64,000 nucleotides of DNA from a virus (taxonomy: Duplodnaviria > Caudoviricetes), in the IMG/VR virus record IMGVR_UViG_3300037117_000082, positions 1 to 64,000 of that record. The stretch is one strand, 5' to 3'. The notes under the pieces were generated by a model. The model was not told the origin of the DNA and did not search any database. It saw only the letters and a list, made by a program, of their open reading frames with translations. The translations under genes and the position numbers were made by a program. This document shows, piece by piece, positions 38,351 to 47,085 of the stretch; within the stretch, counting starts at the first letter, position 1; the number at the start of each line of letters is the position of its first letter.

Positions 38351-40417
38351 TCATCCTCCGGTGGCAGTGTGATCGCTAGGGGCACTTCCGGCCAGGACGG
38401 TGAGGCTGGGACGGGTGAGGACATAGAAGCCCGTCCGCGGCCTGCCGATCTGGCCGGCCTCGGTGAGCGCCCGCAGCGAATCGGAGATGACGCGCAGCCC
38501 GAACGGCTTAGGGCGCCCCCATTCCCCGGTCGCGAGAATGCCGGCGCGCTCGCAGATGACGCCGCGGTCCAGCTCGCCGGCTGCCTCGTGCAGGACGGCG
38601 AGGATGGCGTCTGACGAGGTGCGGCCCTCGGGTCCGTCAGTGTCCGGGACGGCAGCGAGAGGAGCGGGCAGCGTGGCGGCGGCCGGGCGCGGCGCGGCGA
38701 TCCTCTGCTGGTCGAGGCAGCGGCGGAACGCATCGCCGAACACGGCATCCATCTCGCGGGGGGTGGCGTCCACGGCGACCTTGCGCGGGTTGGGCACGAG
38801 CCGCACGCGCATCGGGGAGTCGGGGCGGTTGTCCGGGCCGACGATGTAGCCGAGCCCGTGAGTCTCCGAGCCGTCCGGGAAGGTGCGCGGCAGCAGCTTC
38901 GGGTCAGCCTCCAGCCCGATGATGCCGCCCGACAGCGCCTCCCCGGTGCGGAGCGCGACCGCGTTGCCGCCGACGACCATTGCCCGCAGCGTCATGTCGC
39001 CGAGCTGGGACAGCAGCAGCGTGTGGGAGACGATCATCAGGTGGCCGCCGGCCTTGCGGTTGAGCTTCACGAGGTTGCCGACGATCCGCTGCGCCTCGGT
39101 GCCGTGTTTCGGGTCGCCGAGCACGAGGTGCGCCTCATCGAAGACGGCGAAGATCAGCGGCAGCCCGGACAGGACCGGGTCGTAGAAGTCCATGCCGGGC
39201 CGCTCGTAGCCGTCCTCATCGGTCCACGTGAGGTCGGCCAGGTACTCCGACCGGGCCATCATCCCGGCCTCGAACGCGCGCAGGTAGGCCATGCACTCCG
39301 GGACGCCGCGGGCGTAGGTGACCTGGCCGCGCCAGTCCGGCAGCGACTGCCCTTGCTGCGGGTCCAGCACGATCGGGATGACGGGAATCTCGGACGTGAC
39401 CGCGGCGGACAGCAGGAGATGCAGGAGGTAGCTCTTCCCCGAGCCTTTTACGCCCACCACGACGGACTGCTCAGCGCCGTTGCGGGGTGACCAGAACCGG
39501 AAGTGCGCGGGGTCGCCGTCCGGGAAGTCGCCGAGCACGGCTAGCCCGGTTGCGGGGTCGATGCCCTCGCCGTCCCAGCGGCGGACCCTGGCGAGGGTGT
39601 TGGTGCGCAGCAGCGTCAGCGTCACCTCATGCTCGCGGCCATCGGGCAGCCGCTCCGGGTAGACCTCGGTGACCGGCCGGCCGAACAGGGACGCGATCTT
39701 CTTGGTCATGCCGAACACGTCGGAGGTGTCCTGGTCGCCGCGGACGAGCCGCAGCGTGTACTTCGTGCCGTTGCGGATCTCCAGCGGCAGCGACAGCCTC
39801 GAGCCCGCGAGCCGGCCCTTGGTGCCGAGCGTGGCGGCCCAGAGCGCCGTATCGCTCAGCGGTGCGGGCTCAGGCTCGCGCTCGGGCAGCACCGGCCGCC
39901 AGCGGTACTGCCGTACCCAGAGGATCACGACGGGCAGCCAGCAGCAGAGCAGCAGCGGCGGGAGCGGGCCCTTGTGCAGCCCGAGAGCGGCGATGAGCGG
40001 CAGCAACAGGAGCGTCAGGCAGGCGAGCACGGCAGCGGTGCCGCGGGCGAAGGCAGTCAGGTGACGGCACAGCAGGACCATGCAGGCGGCGGCGAGGAAG
40101 GCAGTCAGGAAGGCGGCAGGCAGCGCATGGTGCAGCGCGAGTCCTGCGCCGGTGACGCCGCCGAGCCACCAGAACGGAACGAGGTGCAGGCGGTAGCGGT
40201 AGGCCCCGGTCCGGGCGGCGAGCTTCGAGCCCGGCAGCCGTGACGGCACTACCTGCCCGGCGAGTGCAGTGCCGGGTGCAGCCGCCAGTGCAGCGGCCTG
40301 CGCCCGGCCCATCTCGCGGGCAAACTTCTTCGCCTGCCTGCCGTCCATGCGGATGACCGGCCCCGCTGGCGGGTGCTTGCGCCGCCAGCGGGGGATCTCC
40401 CTCGTCGCCTGCTTCAT
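38351..40417 (-). CDS. TraB-like FtsK/SpoIIIE conjugative DNA translocase
   Basis: N-terminal TMs; Walker A GVKGSGKS; Walker B AVFDE; RKAGG; C-terminal wHTH. Confidence 0.85.
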   Translation of the reverse strand: MKQATREIPRWRRKHPPAGPVIRMDGRQAKKFAREMGRAQAAALAAAPGTALAGQVVPSRLPGSKLAARTGAYRYRLHLVPFWWLGGVTGAGLALHHALPAAFLTAFLAAACMVLLCRHLTAFARGTAAVLACLTLLLLPLIAALGLHKGPLPPLLLCCWLPVVILWVRQYRWRPVLPEREPEPAPLSDTALWAATLGTKGRLAGSRLSLPLEIRNGTKYTLRLVRGDQDTSDVFGMTKKIASLFGRPVTEVYPERLPDGREHEVTLTLLRTNTLARVRRWDGEGIDPATGLAVLGDFPDGDPAHFRFWSPRNGAEQSVVVGVKGSGKSYLLHLLLSAAVTSEIPVIPIVLDPQQGQSLPDWRGQVTYARGVPECMAYLRAFEAGMMARSEYLADLTWTDEDGYERPGMDFYDPVLSGLPLIFAVFDEAHLVLGDPKHGTEAQRIVGNLVKLNRKAGGHLMIVSHTLLLSQLGDMTLRAMVVGGNAVALRTGEALSGGIIGLEADPKLLPRTFPDGSETHGLGYIVGPDNRPDSPMRVRLVPNPRKVAVDATPREMDAVFGDAFRRCLDQQRIAAPRPAAATLPAPLAAVPDTDGPEGRTSSDAILAVLHEAAGELDRGVICERAGILATGEWGRPKPFGLRVISDSLRALTEAGQIGRPRTGFYVLTRPSLTVLAGSAPSDHTATGG

Positions 40418-40419
40418 GG

Positions 40420-41730
40420 TCAGCCCGCGTAGAACTCGGGCTGCGCGCCGACTACCGGCGCTCCCTGGTGAGCCTCGTTCATCGCACCGTGGTCGCGCTT
40501 GAGGCCGTCGCGGAACGCCTGCGCGGCGTCGAGGGCCTGCTGCGCTGCCTTCTCCTGTGCCTTCAGCGCGTCATCGATCTCCATGGCGCGGCCGATGCTG
40601 CCGGAATCCAGCCCGGCGGACGCCATCTGCTCGACCCTGGCGGCGAGACGCCGGGCCTGCAGCCGGGCGATCTCCTGCTCGCACTCGGCGATGATGCCGT
40701 TTGCCTCGACGACGGTCTGGTCGTAGGTGGTCTCTGCGGTGCCAGTTGGCATTGCTTTTCCTTCCGTTGCGAGTGACGCATCGCCATGGCGGCGGTGCGG
40801 GATGCCTGCGGGCCAGTCGCCATCGGCCTGAGCGGTGTCTGCCTCGAACTGCCGGTTGTGAGCCTCCACTAGCGCAGCCTGGTCGGCTGGCTGCCGCCGG
40901 TTCGCTGCCGCATCCACGGCGTGAGAGCGATGGAAGTTCTCGCCGCCCTCGGTGAGAACCGGGTCAGCGTCGGTGCCCGGATGGCCGCACGCACCGCAGA
41001 TGGTTCCGGGTGCGGCCAGCGGCGCGTCCGGGTCGGGGTCAGCTGATCCCCAGCCACGGCAGTACGAGCAGGCACCAGCCGGACCGGCGCCCGATCCGCC
41101 GCACTGAGGGCAGCGCTTCTGGCCGGGGCGCAGGTGGTCGGAGTCATCCGGGCGGGCGTCATCGCGGACGGGGTAAGGGTCCCCGGGAAGATCGCTGGTG
41201 GCTGACTCGTCATCAGGGTCGCCCGGCTCATCATCGGGCACCCAGTCATCGCGGCGGGGGAAGTCCGGGTGCAGTACCACTGCATCGGCTGCCTCCTGCA
41301 CTGCCTGCCTGCCCGTGCGCCCGGCCGGAGGCGAGTCGTCGTAGACGCGGATAATCTCGTCCCGCAGGGCCTTCTGGCGCGTCTTGTGATCCCGCAGGGC
41401 CGGGCCGTAGGCAGCCTTCGCCTCAAGATCGGACGTGCGCGCTTCCTCGCGGATATGGCGCTGGTGGCGGGACTCGCGGCGGTGCGCTATCCAGCCCGCG
41501 TGCCAGCCTGTCCGCGCCACGGGGAAGCCCCCGCCTGCCTCGCGGATCCACCAGCCGATGGCGTGACGGCGGCGCATGGCGCGCTCGCGGTTCCTGGGAA
41601 CGTCGCCGGTCTTCTTGGCTGCCTTCACCTTCGCGTCACCGGACTTGCGCCGGTCGTCGCCCATGTGATCCCACGCGGACTTGACCGAGACGCCGATGCC
41701 GACGCACAGCAGCAGGAATACGAGTTCCAT
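40420..41730 (-). CDS. AICE-type transfer-region protein
   Basis: N-terminal TM, DnaJ-like CxxCxGxG, C-terminal helical hairpin; immediately upstream of TraB. Confidence 0.6.
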   Translation of the reverse strand: MELVFLLLCVGIGVSVKSAWDHMGDDRRKSGDAKVKAAKKTGDVPRNRERAMRRRHAIGWWIREAGGGFPVARTGWHAGWIAHRRESRHQRHIREEARTSDLEAKAAYGPALRDHKTRQKALRDEIIRVYDDSPPAGRTGRQAVQEAADAVVLHPDFPRRDDWVPDDEPGDPDDESATSDLPGDPYPVRDDARPDDSDHLRPGQKRCPQCGGSGAGPAGACSYCRGWGSADPDPDAPLAAPGTICGACGHPGTDADPVLTEGGENFHRSHAVDAAANRRQPADQAALVEAHNRQFEADTAQADGDWPAGIPHRRHGDASLATEGKAMPTGTAETTYDQTVVEANGIIAECEQEIARLQARRLAARVEQMASAGLDSGSIGRAMEIDDALKAQEKAAQQALDAAQAFRDGLKRDHGAMNEAHQGAPVVGAQPEFYAG

Positions 41731-41739
41731 GTCAGCCCC

Positions 41740-42165
41740 CTAGACCTGGTTGATCGCGGTCGTGAGGCTGCCCATGACGCCGACGATCGCGCCACGGAGC
41801 CCGGCCAGCGCGGGGATGCCCGCCACGCCGACAGCCACCAGCACGCCGAGCGCCAGCCCGATCCAGCCGGTCCGCGGCTGAGCCGTCTTCTTCGGGTGCA
41901 GGTCGTGGGCAAAGATGATCGCCAGGATGATGAACAGTCCCGCTGCCAGCGGGACGCCCACGGCCCAGTTGAGAACCGACCCGAACGCGCCCTGCGCCCA
42001 GGCGCCGACGTCCCCGAGGATCCTGCCGAGGAACCCGGTAGTGCCGATCACCACGACGCCGAGGAACACCAGCACGGCGCGGATGGCCGTGAAGATGCCC
42101 AGCCAGTGGAAGACGCCGAACAGGAGCAGGAACAGCGCCCCCAGGTCGGTAACGGTCAGAGTCAT
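41740..42165 (-). CDS. membrane protein (spread-like)
   Basis: Four hydrophobic segments; GGAGG RBS. Confidence 0.65.
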   Translation of the reverse strand: MTLTVTDLGALFLLLFGVFHWLGIFTAIRAVLVFLGVVVIGTTGFLGRILGDVGAWAQGAFGSVLNWAVGVPLAAGLFIILAIIFAHDLHPKKTAQPRTGWIGLALGVLVAVGVAGIPALAGLRGAIVGVMGSLTTAINQV

Positions 42166-42177
42166 GGTGCGGCCCTC

Positions 42178-42648
42178 CTAGGACCTGAACAGGAATACGT
42201 AGATGACGACGGCGGCGATAACCACACGGGGCGGCGATTCCAGCACCCACTCGATGCAGTGCAGGAGAGCCTTGACGCACAGGTGCCCGTAGCCGTAGAT
42301 GATGCGCGGCCAGACCATGGCCAGCGCGTTCCACTGCCCGGCGGCGCGGTGATGGCGTTCGCGGGTCTCGGCCAGCGACGGCGGCTGCGCGTGCAGCACC
42401 GAGACGCCGGACGAGATGCGGGTGAAGGCGCGCTGAGCGCGGTCGGCGGCTTCCTGCCAGCCCGCAGGAGCAGGCCGGAGGTCGTCACTTTCCGTGACGG
42501 GCGCCAGTTCGGCGGAGTGCAGTGCTGGCAGGGTAGCCGGTGGCTTTGGTATGCTTTCCCCGCGCCCGCGCGCCTCTGCCCGTTGGAATCCAGATCCGGC
42601 TTCCGGCGGGACTGCACTGTGCACTGCCTCCTGCGTCACGCTGCGCAA
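42178..42648 (-). CDS. membrane protein
   Basis: QPPSL...EW...P.R + C-terminal TM. Confidence 0.6.
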   Translation of the reverse strand: MRSVTQEAVHSAVPPEAGSGFQRAEARGRGESIPKPPATLPALHSAELAPVTESDDLRPAPAGWQEAADRAQRAFTRISSGVSVLHAQPPSLAETRERHHRAAGQWNALAMVWPRIIYGYGHLCVKALLHCIEWVLESPPRVVIAAVVIYVFLFRS

Positions 42649-42902
42649 CCTTCCTTGTGGTTGTAGTCGCCGCGCTCGATCGCCGCGGCGAGCCCGTTCA
42701 CGTAGTCGGCCGCGATGCCCAGAAGCTCGGCCGCGCGCTCGGAGTCCATCCGCCGGGCGGCGGGATCACGCTGCGGGCGCTGCATGTGCTTGGCTGCCGC
42801 GCGCAGCCGGTCACTCGCCGCAGCGAACTGGTCGGCCGGCGTCTGCGCCGCTGCCGCTCGCTGCCGCCAGCGCGGCACGGGGCGTTCCTTCCGCTTCGCC
42901 AT
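42636..42902 (-). CDS. hypothetical protein
   Basis: MAKRKERP...; operon context. Confidence 0.5.
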   Translation of the reverse strand: MAKRKERPVPRWRQRAAAAQTPADQFAAASDRLRAAAKHMQRPQRDPAARRMDSERAAELLGIAADYVNGLAAAIERGDYNHKEGCAA

Positions 42903-42904
42903 GA

Positions 42905-43120
42905 TCAGGCCCTGACCTTCCTGCGCACCTTGTACTCGCCCGCGTGGCGCACGAGCAGCTCGAACTCGCCCCACCGGCCCTTAGCCCAGCCGTTGCCCTC
43001 GAGCCAGCCCGTCAGGGTGTCCTTGAGCGTCCCCACGTCGTCGGGGTCCGCGTGCAGGTCGATGTCGTCCGCGTGCCTGCCGCGGCGGAGGATCTCCAGC
43101 TCGAGGTTGCGGGCGGTCAC
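42905..43120 (-). CDS. hypothetical protein
   Basis: GTGA overlap with GGAGG RBS. Confidence 0.55.
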   Translation of the reverse strand: MTARNLELEILRRGRHADDIDLHADPDDVGTLKDTLTGWLEGNGWAKGRWGEFELLVRHAGEYKVRRKVRA

Positions 43121-43755
43121 GACGGGCCTCCGTTGCAGTAGGAGCAGGACGGGCAGGTAGTGGTCTCGCCGGCGAAGGCAGCCAGCATGGGCCAGAGGCG
43201 GGCGTTGGTGCCCGGCTCCGGGTCCGTGATGGTGATCAGCCACGCGGCGCGGATCTCGCTCGCGGCGTCAGGGCAGCGCGCCTCGTAGAAGCCCGTCTCG
43301 TCACGCCACGCCCGGCGCAGGCTGTAGCGGCTCTCGCCGAAGCGCTGGCGCCCTCTCGCGCCTGCGAGCAGGAGCGGCGTGCCGATCACGGCAGCCTGGA
43401 TGCGCTGCAGCGTGTTGTCGCTGACGAGCCCGTCGACCCATGCCTCGCACTCGCCGTACCCCGGCGGGTCGCTGGGTCCGGGCGGATCATCCTCCGGGTT
43501 ACTCGCGGACTGCGAGCTGGTCGTGACGAAGGCTGCCCGGTTGGCCGCGGCGAGCACGTCGAGGTGCGGGATGGTCTCGGCTTCCGGCGGACCTCCGGGG
43601 CGGGGCGTATGGATGATCTCCCCGTACAGCCATGCGACGGTTAGCTCACCGATGTCAGCGAGGGAGGATGCGGTCTTCCAGCGGGCGCGGTCGGCCCGGC
43701 TCATGTCGGTGTCGAAGGCGAACAGGAACCAGTCCGCAATGCGCTGGAGGTTCAC
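43117..43755 (-). CDS. DUF6919-like protein
   Basis: MSRADRARW..A..L...GEL...WL.G...ET...LAAANRAAFVT.SSQ. Confidence 0.6.
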   Translation of the reverse strand: MNLQRIADWFLFAFDTDMSRADRARWKTASSLADIGELTVAWLYGEIIHTPRPGGPPEAETIPHLDVLAAANRAAFVTTSSQSASNPEDDPPGPSDPPGYGECEAWVDGLVSDNTLQRIQAAVIGTPLLLAGARGRQRFGESRYSLRRAWRDETGFYEARCPDAASEIRAAWLITITDPEPGTNARLWPMLAAFAGETTTCPSCSYCNGGPS

Positions 43756-44279
43756 GCGGCCACCTCCGTCGCGGCGCGCTGTCCCTTGCGCTTGGCGCCC
43801 CGGGCTGCCGTGCAGTCGGTGCAGACGGTCTTGCCGTAGGGGTAGGCGGGGGACGGGGCTTCCCTGCGGGTGTTCGCGGCAGTCCGGGTGTGGTCGTTGC
43901 GGCATTTCCCGGGACACTGCAAGGCGGAGTTCGGGCCGGTCAGGTGCGGTCGCCGGATGACGACCCTGCCGGGAGCCCGCACTGCGGGGACACTGGCCCG
44001 GATCAGCTGACCCCGGTCGCTGAACAGCTCGCCGCCCCAGATGCCGGCGACGGCCGGGCTGGCGTTCATGGCCGCGGACAGGCACTCCGCCCGGACGGGG
44101 CAGCCGGCGCAGACGGCCTTGGCCGCGGCGATGCCGGCGCCGTCCATGGCGTCGGGGAAGAACCGTTCCGGATCCACGCCGCGGCAGGCAGCCAGTGCCC
44201 GCCAGTCGCGGCGTTTGGCCACGGCCAGCACCGGGCCTGCCGCGCCGTCGCTCCACTGGAGACCTGGACGGGCGGTCAT
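43752..44279 (-). CDS. WhiB-family regulator with extra C-terminal Zn finger
   Basis: WRALAAC..VDPERFF...AKAVCAGCPVRAECL...GIWGG; CRNDH...NT...CTDC tail. Confidence 0.9.
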   Translation of the reverse strand: MTARPGLQWSDGAAGPVLAVAKRRDWRALAACRGVDPERFFPDAMDGAGIAAAKAVCAGCPVRAECLSAAMNASPAVAGIWGGELFSDRGQLIRASVPAVRAPGRVVIRRPHLTGPNSALQCPGKCRNDHTRTAANTRREAPSPAYPYGKTVCTDCTAARGAKRKGQRAATEVAA

Positions 44280-44536
44280 GGCCTGGCATCCCGCATCGCT
44301 GCCCAGGCAGTACCCAGGACTTCCAGCACGGCGCGGCCGGTGCGCAGGGCCTCGGCGAGCACGAACGCGACGAACGCGCCCGGCACCCGGCTTCCGTCAC
44401 CGAGATCAACTACGGGGATGACGCCGCCGGCGATGCGCCGGGCGATGGTCCGCTCGCTGAGCCGGAAGGCCACGGCAGCCTCCTGCGTGGTGAGCATCAG
44501 GGAGGCAAGATCCGGCGCCTGCGTGGCTGCTGTCAT
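44276..44536 (-). CDS. excisionase-like HTH protein
   Basis: LTTQEAA..FRLSERTIARRI..G.IP....G.RVP. Confidence 0.75.
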   Translation of the reverse strand: MTAATQAPDLASLMLTTQEAAVAFRLSERTIARRIAGGVIPVVDLGDGSRVPGAFVAFVLAEALRTGRAVLEVLGTAWAAMRDARP

Positions 44537-44576
44537 CCCCGGCTCCTGGTCCGTCGTTGTCAGACTGAATTAACCC

Positions 44577-44607
44577 GAGTCAACCATAGTCACACAGTTG
44601 AGTCAAC
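44577..44607. promoter_or_regulatory. candidate GntR operator between divergent genes
   Basis: Palindrome GTTGAGTCAAC (44597-607) plus a second GAGTCAAC (44577-84). Confidence 0.55.
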
Positions 44608-44649
44608 ACGTAGGTAACTCGCGGTTTTTCAGGTTGTTACGCTTGGCGC

Positions 44650-45012
44650 GTGGACCAGCGGCCAGGCAGGGCAACAGCGAAGTACCGGCAGGTTGCCGCC
44701 GCGCTGCGCGCCCGCATTGAGGCAGGGGAGTTCCCGGCCGGGGCGCAGCTGCTGACCAAGCCCGAGATCAGGGCGCAGTACGGCGTATCCCTCGGGACGG
44801 TTGACGCGGCGCTGAGGGTGCTCAGCGACCTGGGCATGACCGAATCGCAGCAAGGGGCGGGCACGTTCGTGCTCAGCGAGCACGGCACGGAGAGCGAGCC
44901 GGAACTCGTCAGGAAGCTCGCAGTGCAGCTTGAGGATGTCCTGCGCCGGCTGGCGAAGGTCGAGCAGCGGATCGAGGACGCGGAAAGCGCGCTAGGGCCA
45001 GACGGCCCGTGA
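44650..45012 (+). CDS. GntR-family repressor (KorSA/TraR-like position)
   Basis: KYRQVAAALRARIEAGEF..G..L...YGVS.GTV..AL..L...G...QGAGTFV. Confidence 0.88.
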   Translation: MDQRPGRATAKYRQVAAALRARIEAGEFPAGAQLLTKPEIRAQYGVSLGTVDAALRVLSDLGMTESQQGAGTFVLSEHGTESEPELVRKLAVQLEDVLRRLAKVEQRIEDAESALGPDGP

Positions 45013-45191
45013 GCCTGTCCGCGCGGGCCTCCGCGCTCTCCAGCCGGCGCATGGCCTCATCCAGGGCGGCGGACAGGTACCGGAGTTCATCGCGCATCCT
45101 GCCACGCTAGGCGTGACGGACACTGACTGTCTGCGTCAAAGCCGGGGCAACGCATGTACCATTCCTGCGTCACGAACCTTACGATGGCTGC

Positions 45192-45920
45192 ATGGCCAAC
45201 ACGGCACTGCGCGCGGCGCGGATCCGCGCTCACCTGAGCCAGGACGACCTGGCCCGCCGCATCCGCGAGGCTGGCAGCCGGACGGGCGACCGGAATGGCT
45301 GCACCCGCGGCATGGTGCAGCGGTGGGAGTCCGGCAGGACGCTGCGCCCGCAGGGACGCTACCTGCTGGCGCTGGAGAACGTCCTCGGGCAGCCCGCGTA
45401 CAGTCTCGGCTTCGCTGACGAGATCCACGGCGTTGACCGGGCGCGCGCGCTGGACGACGCGGGCCTGAGCGCCGCCTACCCGGTGCCGGACCCGGCCGCC
45501 GACTACGGGCCGCTCACCGGCATCTGGCTCTCGGCCTACGAGTACCACTCCAGCAGCCGGGGCGAGGATCTCACCAGCAGGCATTACGTGACCGTGACCC
45601 AGCAGGGCCTGATGCTGCGGGTTCACTCGCTGCCGAAAGCCGGGTCCCGGCTGTCGATGGAGCTGAGCGTCAACGGCTCCGTGGTCACCGGGACATGGGC
45701 CGAGCGGACCGACCAGGCGGGCTACTACCAGGGCGCGGTGTACCACGGGGCCATCCAGATGCTGCTGGAGCCGACCGGGCACCGGATGCAGGGCAAGTGG
45801 CTCGGCTTCGGCCGCGACCTGGAGGTCAACATCGGCGGATGGACGCTCAGTCTTGTTGACGCCGATTTCAGCGAGCGGGCCATGAGCCGGTGGGACCGGG
45901 AGCCAGGCACCGGAGGATGA
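45192..45920 (+). CDS. XRE HTH protein with C-terminal beta-barrel domain
   Basis: LRAAR...LSQDDLA...VQRWESG; LTGIW.S.YEY...GTW.E...YHGA.Q...M.GKW.GFG. Confidence 0.75.
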   Translation: MANTALRAARIRAHLSQDDLARRIREAGSRTGDRNGCTRGMVQRWESGRTLRPQGRYLLALENVLGQPAYSLGFADEIHGVDRARALDDAGLSAAYPVPDPAADYGPLTGIWLSAYEYHSSSRGEDLTSRHYVTVTQQGLMLRVHSLPKAGSRLSMELSVNGSVVTGTWAERTDQAGYYQGAVYHGAIQMLLEPTGHRMQGKWLGFGRDLEVNIGGWTLSLVDADFSERAMSRWDREPGTGG

Positions 45921-46261
45921 GCCGCCGAACGCTCTACAAGGCACAGGACGGCATCTGCCGCTGGTGCTCACTGCCGCTTCCCGAGGACTTCGCGGACACG
46001 GAGATTGATCACATCATCCCGAGATGCAGGGGCGGTCCTGACAAGCCCTGGAACAAGCAGCTACTCCACCGGGAGTGCAACAGGGGCCCGGGCGGCAAAT
46101 GGAAGGCGCTCACCGAGGAAGCCCGCGCACTAGCCGGCGAGCACGGTGTCACCCTGCGTGAGCCAACGCCGGCGTGGCTCTACGGCGGGCGCAGCTGGCG
46201 TGATGCCGTCAACCTGGACCCGGGCGCAGCATCCGACCCGCACTGGCCGGCCGGCGCCTGA
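45917..46261 (+). CDS. HNH endonuclease
   Basis: QDGICRWC...EIDHIIPRCRGG...N.QLLHRECN; ATGA overlap. Confidence 0.85.
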   Translation: MSRRTLYKAQDGICRWCSLPLPEDFADTEIDHIIPRCRGGPDKPWNKQLLHRECNRGPGGKWKALTEEARALAGEHGVTLREPTPAWLYGGRSWRDAVNLDPGAASDPHWPAGA

Positions 46262-46446
46262 TGGCCTCGGCAAGGATCGAGCCCCCCGACCCCGGCAGCT
46301 GGGGAGCCGTGAGGCTGCTGATAGCTCACCTGAACCGGCTGAACTACCACGTCGATGAGGCGAGATCGTTTTGCGACGGGGAGCCCATCTCCACGCTGCT
46401 GCTCAGCTAGCCCGCAGCATTGAGTGACGGCGTGTGCGCGTTCCGC

Positions 46447-46487
46447 TTGACAGTGGTAACCACACCGGGATACGTTGTGCTTACCAC
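46447..46487 (+). promoter_or_regulatory. sigma70 promoter with two operator palindromes
   Basis: TTGACA-18 nt-TACGTT; GTGGTAACCAC in the spacer and GTGCTTACCAC directly after the -10. Confidence 0.75.
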
Positions 46488-46504
46488 CTAGCGAGGGAGC
46501 GGAC

Positions 46505-46726
46505 ATGGGCAGGCAGCCAGAGGCCAGGATCGGCGACGTGATCAGCGGGACGTGCGTCACGTTCGGGAGCCAGAAGACCGGCATCGTGGCCGAGGTCATC
46601 GGCCCCATCGCCTTGCCGGACTGCGGCGGCTACCGCTACCAGCTCACCGAGACCGGCGAGTTCTACGCCAGTGGCAAGCCCGTCAGGCCGATCGTGTTCT
46701 ACGGACGGCACGAGGCGCTGGCCTGA
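46505..46726 (+). CDS. hypothetical protein
   Basis: GAGGGAG RBS after the promoter. Confidence 0.6.
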   Translation: MGRQPEARIGDVISGTCVTFGSQKTGIVAEVIGPIALPDCGGYRYQLTETGEFYASGKPVRPIVFYGRHEALA

Positions 46727-47085
46727 TGTCCGAGCGCCACAAGTCCCCGATGCTCGGCTGGCACCCGCCGGCCGAGCTATCGGCGTGGGCAAGAGCAGAA
46801 GCGCAGCGACGGGGAGTGCGCCTCTCGGTGATCCTTACCGAGGCCCTTTCCCGTCTCCGTGCCTCTGCCGGCTTCGATCACTTCCGCATCGGCGGCTTCG
46901 ATGACGAGGGCCGGGCCGGCGCTGAGTACACCGAGCCAGTGCAGGTCACCTGCGGCCTGTGCGGTACCTCGCAGGCGTTCACGTGGCGGGACGACGGGGG
47001 CGCCGACAGGACCGAGAGCCTCGCCGTGCTCACCGCATGGGCGCAGGATCATGAGTGCCAGCCACCTACAGGGGAGGACCGATGA
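46726..47085 (+). CDS. RHH-like regulator with Zn-binding C-terminus
   Basis: HKSPMLGWHPPAEL..W...AQRRG..LS.IL.EAL. Confidence 0.6.
   Translation: MSERHKSPMLGWHPPAELSAWARAEAQRRGVRLSVILTEALSRLRASAGFDHFRIGGFDDEGRAGAEYTEPVQVTCGLCGTSQAFTWRDDGGADRTESLAVLTAWAQDHECQPPTGEDR

Noticed and set aside
36500-40500. TraB recognition (clt) 8-bp repeat cluster
   Set aside because: No convincing array found by eye near TraB; needs a computed repeat search.
41269-42666. 465-aa + strand ORF
   Set aside because: Shadow of the leftward transfer genes; Arg/Ala-rich with no motifs.
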